Part shown: positions 57,231-64,000 of the stretch, piece by piece | Layout of the letters: the number at the start of each line of letters is the position of its first letter | Position numbering within the stretch: position 1 is the first letter of the stretch | From: Proteromonas lacertae | Taxonomy: Eukaryota | Length of the DNA stretch: 64,000 nucleotides | Direction: 5' to 3' | Assembly: GCA_002245135.1 (NCBI GenBank) | Contig: NGBS01001166.1 | Location: 124,001 to 188,000, forward strand | Program-made: the position numbers and the translations under genes | Notes under the pieces: model-generated | What the model saw: only the letters and a program-made list of their open reading frames with translations | Told to the model about the DNA's origin: nothing | Database searches by the model: none

Positions 57231-58571
57231 TTAATTAAGTTCAATACTTAGAAATATACTCAATTGGTCTTGCTTTCGATAAAAATTCTTGTGCAATCTT
57301 TGAAGCAGCTCTTCTTCTAGTTAAAGCACCAGTTTGAATATCATATCTCAACTCTAAAGCTTTCTTTGTAACATCATCATCTTGTTTTACTCTTCTAGTC
57401 AACTATTCAGTGTAAATAAATAAATAATTCAATATATATAATATATTATACATAATATTGTAACTGACTCCACATAGCCGTTTCATATTGCCATTTTCTC
57501 TTCTTTTCCATTTCTCCACTCTCTAAACCACTCTTCCAAAATCTTTCAATACAACTGTATATTTCATCCATGTAAGTCTTCTTCATTGCACTACATTTCA
57601 ACACTTCAGCTGTCCAATTAGGTGCCTTTTGACCTAATATTGCCATTCCCTTTGAATTCTCTTCTACCACTTTTTCGACTGTTGCTTTTGGCACCATATC
57701 TATTTTATTAATCACAATTGCATCAGAATGTTCCATTATTCCTTTCTTCACTCCTTGTAATGAATCACCCATTGTTGGAGGCATTACTAGCATAAACATA
57801 TCAACCATATCATCCACTACTACCTCAGATTGACCTAAACCGACTGTTTCTACAATCACAAAATCATATCCAACTGATTCTGTTAATAATACTAAATCAG
57901 CAGTATGTTCTGTTACTCCACCTAAATCACCATTACTGGGAGATGGACGGACATATGCATTAGGATCTACCGATAGTTCAATCATTCTAGTTTTATCACC
58001 TAATAAACTTCCTCCTGTTAAGATACTGGAAGGATCTATACATAAGACACAAACTTTGTATCCCTTTTTTGTTAAATATTTTCCTAATGCTTCTACTAAT
58101 GTGGATTTACCTGCTCCTGGAGGTCCTGTTATCCCTAATCGAAATGCGGCTGGTTTGAATTTATCTTTGCCGAATTTTTCTTCTAATTCTTTACGTTTGA
58201 CTGATGTAATAAAATCTAATAAATAATCGGCTTGGATAGCATGATCCCATCTTTCTGATTCCACTATTTATCATATTAAAAATGAAGAAATACGTAATGT
58301 AATTGATCTACTAAGATGTGCTCTACTTCCACTAAGACATCCCTTTATTAATTCCCATGTTTCTGGTTTTAATTCTTTTGGCACATGTACACCCTATGAT
58401 TTAAATATTTATACATACTTTATATGTTTTTGGTATTTCGCATGCACAAATACTACGTTTCCTATACAAAATTAATAAATTATTATTTTTATTAAATATT
58501 AAATACAAGCTTCCATTGAAAACCATTCTACGTATGGCAGAACCTAAATATTTCGATTGATATGCAAACAT
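57231..58571 (-). CDS. MMAA: Methylmalonyl-CoA mutase-associated GTPase (MMAA/MeaB)
   Basis: GITGPPGAGKST, DPSS, LGDKTRM, VETVG.GQSE, QGVKKG and NKID motifs; presequence-like N-terminus. Confidence 0.93.
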
Positions 58572-58636
58572 TAAAAGAGAAAATTGGATCTAAAAAATAA
58601 TGGTTATTGAAAACTCAAACAGGTTCGACATTAAAA

Positions 58637-60595
58637 ATGACAAAAAGAAAAAGAGGTAATAGCGACTTTGTTAAAGTTAAAGAAAAGGTTGGTAAGAAAG
58701 CTAAGAGGTTAAATGAGACAAATACAAATTTTTTTATGAAATCCATCGTGATGCCCAAACAAAGTACCTTTGATGAGAAAGGATCAGCAGTTAATCAAAG
58801 AAACCTTCGTTTTATTGATCTGATTCCACAATTAAAACATTACAATCCTTCAATTAGAAAAGATGCAGTTTTAGGTTTGAAGGATTTTTTCATCAAAAAT
58901 CCAGAATCATTATTACCAAAATTAAGTCAAACATTAGATGCAATATTACCAATGTTAATTGATGTTGAAAAACAAGTTAGATCATCTCTCAAATTATTAA
59001 TTGAGTATATACTTTCAAATGTTCAAAGTACTCAATATCAACCATATATGAAATTAACAGTAGTGTATATATGTCATGCAATGACATCAATGCATACAAA
59101 TGTAAGAAAAGACATTACAACAATTATCAGATTATTCATCAATTTATATCCAAATTTAATAGCAGAACACAGTGAAATGATAATAAAAAATATGTCTTCC
59201 TTATTAAAATCATCATCTGATGATATAATGACAAGAACAAAACAAATGAATAAAAACAAAAATAAAGAATTAGATGTTGACATTGATTTAATTGAATGTT
59301 TGAAATTATTCTTGAATATTTTATGTCCAAAAACAACTTCTACAGTTTTATCACATAAAGAAAGTAATAAATTGAATTTTGAAACAATTGGTATTAGTGG
59401 ATTAATGGTTTTATCACAATTTTCAGATTGTATAGTATTTAAACCAATAGTTAATTATGAAATATCAAAAACATCAATTTCAAAAGATTCTTTACAAAAC
59501 GCATTTGTTGTTATTTGGAAAGGTTTGTCAGATATTTGGCTTGAGAAAATAATAGAAGTTTCATCTACAACAAATCCACAACCAATTTTAATAAAACTAA
59601 TAACACAGATAATGGAATGTAAATATAATATTTCAAATTATTTTATTGTCAATGAAGAATATGATTCTTTAATTGATATTAATAATTATATCAAATTATA
59701 CATATCACAATATATGTCTCAATATCCATTACACTTAGTAGATAACACAATTCAGAATAAAAATGAATTAAATAAACTAGTTATAAATCATAATTTGTTG
59801 TTTTCATTATATCAATTTAATTTAAATGATATATATCGTAGGAATAATCAGAAGAAGAATAAACCAATTCATAGTGATTTATATACTAATATTATATCAT
59901 ATTTAAATGAATTATTAAAATTAATTGATTATAGACAGTTTGATGTTGATAATACTAGTTGTAATTATTTGTTATACTTATTCACAAAAGCAACCAAACA
60001 TATTGATTCAAATGAAGAAATATCACAGTTACTTGAGAAATTTGTTAAGAATGTAGTAAGATGTCCATATAGAAATAGTAATAAGATATTATTGTATCAG
60101 TTTTTACTTCAAATATTTGATAAACAGATTATTATAGGAAATGATGATTATTGTGTTGATAAAACATTAATAAAGCAGTCATTGAATCTGATTCCTGAGT
60201 TATTGTCTCATTTTGAATATAATGAAGGTAATAAAGATGATGTGAATGAATTGTTACACAATTGGAATCATTTGATTGTGAAAATGGATGAAAGTGAAAT
60301 GAAAGATGTTATTAATTGTTTGTTAGTGTTTTTCAAAATTCCAATAGAAGAAAAGGATAAAACTTTATTAGAAATACCATTCATAAACCAATATGATGTT
60401 GATACACAAAGATTATTGTTCAGTTTGTTTTATTATATACCATTTAATGAAGAATTTATAAATGCATTAGTTAATTATATCAAAAGTGAGTTTAATCATT
60501 TAGACAATTCTCTTCTAACCTTCTTGATAAACATTTTAAATATAAAAAACGAAACTGAAGTAGTTGAAGCAATACAAACAGTAATTAACAAATAA
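58637..60595 (+). CDS. TEX10: Rix1-complex component Ipi1/TEX10
   Basis: DFVKVKEKVGK..NETNTNF, LKHYNPSIRKDAVLGL and AMTSMHTNVR motifs. Confidence 0.85.
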   Translation: MTKRKRGNSDFVKVKEKVGKKAKRLNETNTNFFMKSIVMPKQSTFDEKGSAVNQRNLRFIDLIPQLKHYNPSIRKDAVLGLKDFFIKNPESLLPKLSQTLDAILPMLIDVEKQVRSSLKLLIEYILSNVQSTQYQPYMKLTVVYICHAMTSMHTNVRKDITTIIRLFINLYPNLIAEHSEMIIKNMSSLLKSSSDDIMTRTKQMNKNKNKELDVDIDLIECLKLFLNILCPKTTSTVLSHKESNKLNFETIGISGLMVLSQFSDCIVFKPIVNYEISKTSISKDSLQNAFVVIWKGLSDIWLEKIIEVSSTTNPQPILIKLITQIMECKYNISNYFIVNEEYDSLIDINNYIKLYISQYMSQYPLHLVDNTIQNKNELNKLVINHNLLFSLYQFNLNDIYRRNNQKKNKPIHSDLYTNIISYLNELLKLIDYRQFDVDNTSCNYLLYLFTKATKHIDSNEEISQLLEKFVKNVVRCPYRNSNKILLYQFLLQIFDKQIIIGNDDYCVDKTLIKQSLNLIPELLSHFEYNEGNKDDVNELLHNWNHLIVKMDESEMKDVINCLLVFFKIPIEEKDKTLLEIPFINQYDVDTQRLLFSLFYYIPFNEEFINALVNYIKSEFNHLDNSLLTFLINILNIKNETEVVEAIQTVINK

Positions 60596-60639
60596 AGAAG
60601 AAAAAAATTAAATCTATTCTATTGTATGTATTATTCTTT

Positions 60640-61167
60640 TTATATTCCTGATGAGTTTTGTGTTTCCCATCCTGATCCTACTGATAAACCAACATCTTCA
60701 GAAGATACTATTCCTTCTTTTGACGAAGATGTTTTTGACTTCTTTGCAGCTGTTTTTACTGATGCTTCTGCACGTCTCTTCTTTGCTTCCTTTTCTTCCT
60801 CTTTACGATTCAAGAATTTTGGATAAATCTTCTTTAATTCTTCATCAGAAAAAATACCATACTCAATACACCATTTTAATGCCATATATGAATTTGGATT
60901 TTCATGATATAATGATTCATAGAACACTCGATCAGCAGAACCCTAATTTCACTAAACAATAACAAAATATACTGGCGATGGTGTTGGACGCAATTGCCCT
61001 TTCTTGTGTAATGTAACTTCGGTATCATCCACATTTACAACAACTCCAGAATCACTTTGGCTTAAAACTACTGTTTTCTTGTCTTTTATATCTTTAACAT
61101 CCTTTGGTGGTGCATTTTTTGTTGTATGTTCCAATTTAACTGGCTCATCATCAGAGGATGAAGACAT
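60640..61167 (-). CDS. Small conserved-looking hypothetical protein (two exons)
   Basis: KKGQLRPTPSP / GSADRVFYESLYHENPNSYMALKWCIEYG across a short intron. Confidence 0.6.
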
Positions 61168-61238
61168 TTTTTAAAAATGGAGCGAAATTGTCAAACCAAA
61201 AAGCTTGATAAAAAGACGTTTTTAATATTTTCTAAAAA

Positions 61239-62130
61239 ATGTATCAAAGCTATCAAAGACCAGAGCCATTGCATGCTGAATTCAAAATCGGTAGTGTTAA
61301 TGGAAGAATGAATTTTAATCAGAATTCAAAAGCATTTCATACTTCAGATATTCCCCAAAGAGTGTTAGAGAAGAAGAAAGAAGTGTTATCGTTTAAAGAT
61401 CCAGATTACTTGAAGTTAAAAACTCCAGGTTGGGATAGAAGTACTTCTGCACCTAAAAAATTGTGTGAAAGACTATCAGCTCAAATAGCTGAAAGAGATT
61501 TATTGGATTTTCAATATAATTATCGTGCAGAAAGTCTCCACAAAAAAGAACAAATATATCAACCACCTCCAAATAAATTCGAAATTGATAGACTAACATT
61601 ACTAAGTAATAAAGAGAAAAAACATTCTGTGATCATGCAGTTGTATATATTAAGATATCATTATTATTATTTAGGCTTCAAGAAGAAAACCTTTGATAAT
61701 AAGTGAAGATCTTGAAGATAAACCACAATTTAATACGTCTACAGTAATAAATCCATTTTTAAATGAATCTACACTATTCAATACAACAAAGAAATCAATA
61801 GAATCAACGAAGAAATGGAATCAATTGCTAGAAACAAAAGGATATAGAAAACCAGAAGAAAGATATAATGATAAAAACACAATAAAACTTCATGAGACAG
61901 TGGAGAAGTATTATGAACTACCTCCATTAGATCCAGAATGTACATTTCATCCTAAATTAACAACAAAGACAATTGATAGAAGATATGCTGTTTATTCACA
62001 TCCAGGTACTTTTGGACCATCTCCAGATGGTGGAACAATGTGGTCTTGCTGTTTACAATCAGATAAAGAGAGCAGAGGCTGTGTTAAGAAGGTGTATAAT
62101 CCTGATCAATTAAATGTTGCATCTATTTAA
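61239..62130 (+). CDS. Unknown protein with C-terminal Btk-type zinc motif
   Basis: HPGTF...WSCC...GC; two ORFs joined by a short intron near 61640-61675. Confidence 0.6.
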
Positions 62131-62240
62131 GATATAAATGTATTTTAGTAATTATTTTTTCTTTGTTAATTATTTAGTAATTTTATTTTTTGTTGTATTA
62201 GTTGAAAATAGATAGAATATAAATTTGAACAATCATTAAC

Positions 62241-63152
62241 TTATTTAGTTTTTTTCTTTTGTTTTATTTCTTCATATGTTTTACCTTCTGATTTACTTTC
62301 TCTCTTATATTCATCAGAAGTTTGTATAGATTTTAATTGTTTCTTGGTCTTCGTTGGTTTTAAATCTTCTTTCGTCATTCCTATTGCTGCTAACGCCTCT
62401 TCATCAACTTCCATCAACCTTTCATCATTTATTTCTTTACTTTCTTCTTTTGGTTTTGATGGTTTTAAATCTTCTTTCGTCATTCCTATTGCTGCTAACG
62501 CCTCTTCATCAACTTCATCAACTTCATCATTTATTTCTTTACTTTCTTCTTTTGGTTTTGATGGTTTTAAATCTTCTTTCGTCATTCCTATTGCTGCTAA
62601 CGCTTCTTCATCTGGTTCTTTAAATATGTATTCATCAAGAACAGATTTCTTCTTTTTATCTCCATTGACTGGCTTTGTAAAATTTTCCATTGCATTCTTT
62701 TCTATTGTATTACAAATAGGAGCTATTTCTATTTCTATTTTCTTTAAAGCTTCAATAAATTCCGAGTGGTATAATTTTGATTCTTCATTACTGACATTAT
62801 TAAATTTCAACTCAAGATTATTTAAATCATCTCTCAATTTACTATTTTGGGTTTGTATTTTTTTTATACTTTGTAATCTCCTTACATTTTGTTTTATCAG
62901 TGATTCATATAATGACTTTGATTGTAAATCACTTGATAAATATAAAATTTTCAGTTTAGCACAATTACTGTTTATTGAGTTTGTCCTATTATAAATATTA
63001 TTTCAATATACCTTAAATTAAACATTTTATCTATTGTATTAAGGCAGTCACGAATTCTTGTACTTTCTAAAAATAATTAAATTCATATACCCATTATAAG
63101 ATTCAGAAAGACGAAAAGAAATATTGTTGAAACGGCTAGTATCTTTAACTGT
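62241..63152 (-). CDS. Unknown coiled-coil protein with internal repeats (5' end uncertain)
   Basis: 198 aa ORF plus short upstream exons. Confidence 0.5.
62355..62612 (-). repeat. Coding tandem repeat, ~100 bp x3 (DEEALAAIGMTKEDLKP...)
   Basis: ggttttaaatcttctttcgtcattcctattgctgctaacgc occurs three times. Confidence 0.9.
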
Positions 63153-63180
63153 AAAATACTCAAAACAAAAGTAATAATAA

Positions 63181-64000
63181 CTAATTAAGCTTTATAAATT
63201 TTATATATTGAGTTGATTATATCATCTGCAAGTGTTGAACAATCAAATTCATTAAAAGCTAGTAATTGTGCTTTGCAAATCATTGAACAAGCTAGGTAAC
63301 ATGCTGACATATATCCATATTCATTTCTAATGCATTTTATAAGCAATATAAATAATTATACACTTCTTCAACATAATTTCTGTCAGTGATTTGACTAAAG
63401 AATCCAATCATTCCAGCCAAAATATCTCCTTGACCTCCACATCTGCGGGGTGATTTTTCTGAGGTGAAACAAACTGTATGTTTGCCATTTGTTATAATAT
63501 CTTGAGCTCCTTTCAATACAATTGTAATATTATTCAATCTAATGACATATATATATATATATATATATATATCAATTACTACTATTATACCTTTTTGATA
63601 GTTTTTCTACTTTTTCAATTGATTTCTCTTTTTCTAATCCATAAGGAATATCTTCATGATAATAACTTTCATATATTCTCTTAAATTCATTGAAATTGGG
63701 TGTTAAAATAAACTTTGAATAATCTTTTACTATATTCTCATCACATGAAAGATAGAATAATGCATCTCCATCTAAAACAATTGGTATATTCACTTTCTTG
63801 ATATTTGATATAACAGTATTAATCATTTGTGGTATTATATCTTGTCTACCTAGACCTGGTCCTATTACTACTGAATTAGCTCTTTTAAAATCAAATGAAT
63901 CACTATTATATTCATTATTATAATAAGCTTATACTAATGTTTATCATTATCCCATTGTGGAATTACTATCAATTCAGGATGATATGATTTAATTGGAATG
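63181..64000 (-). CDS. NAXD: ATP-dependent NAD(P)HX dehydratase, 3' part (runs off the window)
   Basis: VVIGPGLGR, VLDGDAL, ILTPNFNEF, LKGAQD and RRCGGQGDILAG motifs. Confidence 0.93.

Noticed and set aside
62355..62612. Regularly spaced repeats resembling a CRISPR array (also 42966-43093)
   Set aside because: In-frame coding repeats with near-identical spacers in a eukaryotic gene; no cas genes

Overview
AT-rich, gene-dense eukaryotic DNA with many short (about 30-50 nt) GT-AG introns, so the ORF track splits most genes into exons. A tubular-mastigoneme-like EGF protein, CEP135/BLD10, a LisH centriolar-type protein and K40 alpha-tubulin suggest a flagellated stramenopile protist (inference). 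Single-base frameshifts in both tubulins suggest assembly indel errors. The stand-out structure is nested, at 14539-28226. A near-perfect ~4.05 kb inverted repeat (14539-18593 / 24172-28226) duplicates two intron-bearing host-type genes, S-adenosylmethionine synthetase and an unknown gene. Its inner ends overlap and enclose a GC-richer, intron-less island (~17700-25070) encoding a Polinton-like-virus/virophage-type capsid module: a double-jelly-roll major capsid-like protein, a penton-like protein and a core-like protein. This viral relic has repeated in-frame TAA/TAG codons and frameshifts. It is itself interrupted by a 605-bp fold-back element with 266-bp TIRs, TGT...ACA ends and a 5-bp target-site duplication. 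The rest of the window is ordinary host genes, many in tight head-to-head pairs. Product calls come from motif recognition by eye; exon boundaries are approximate.
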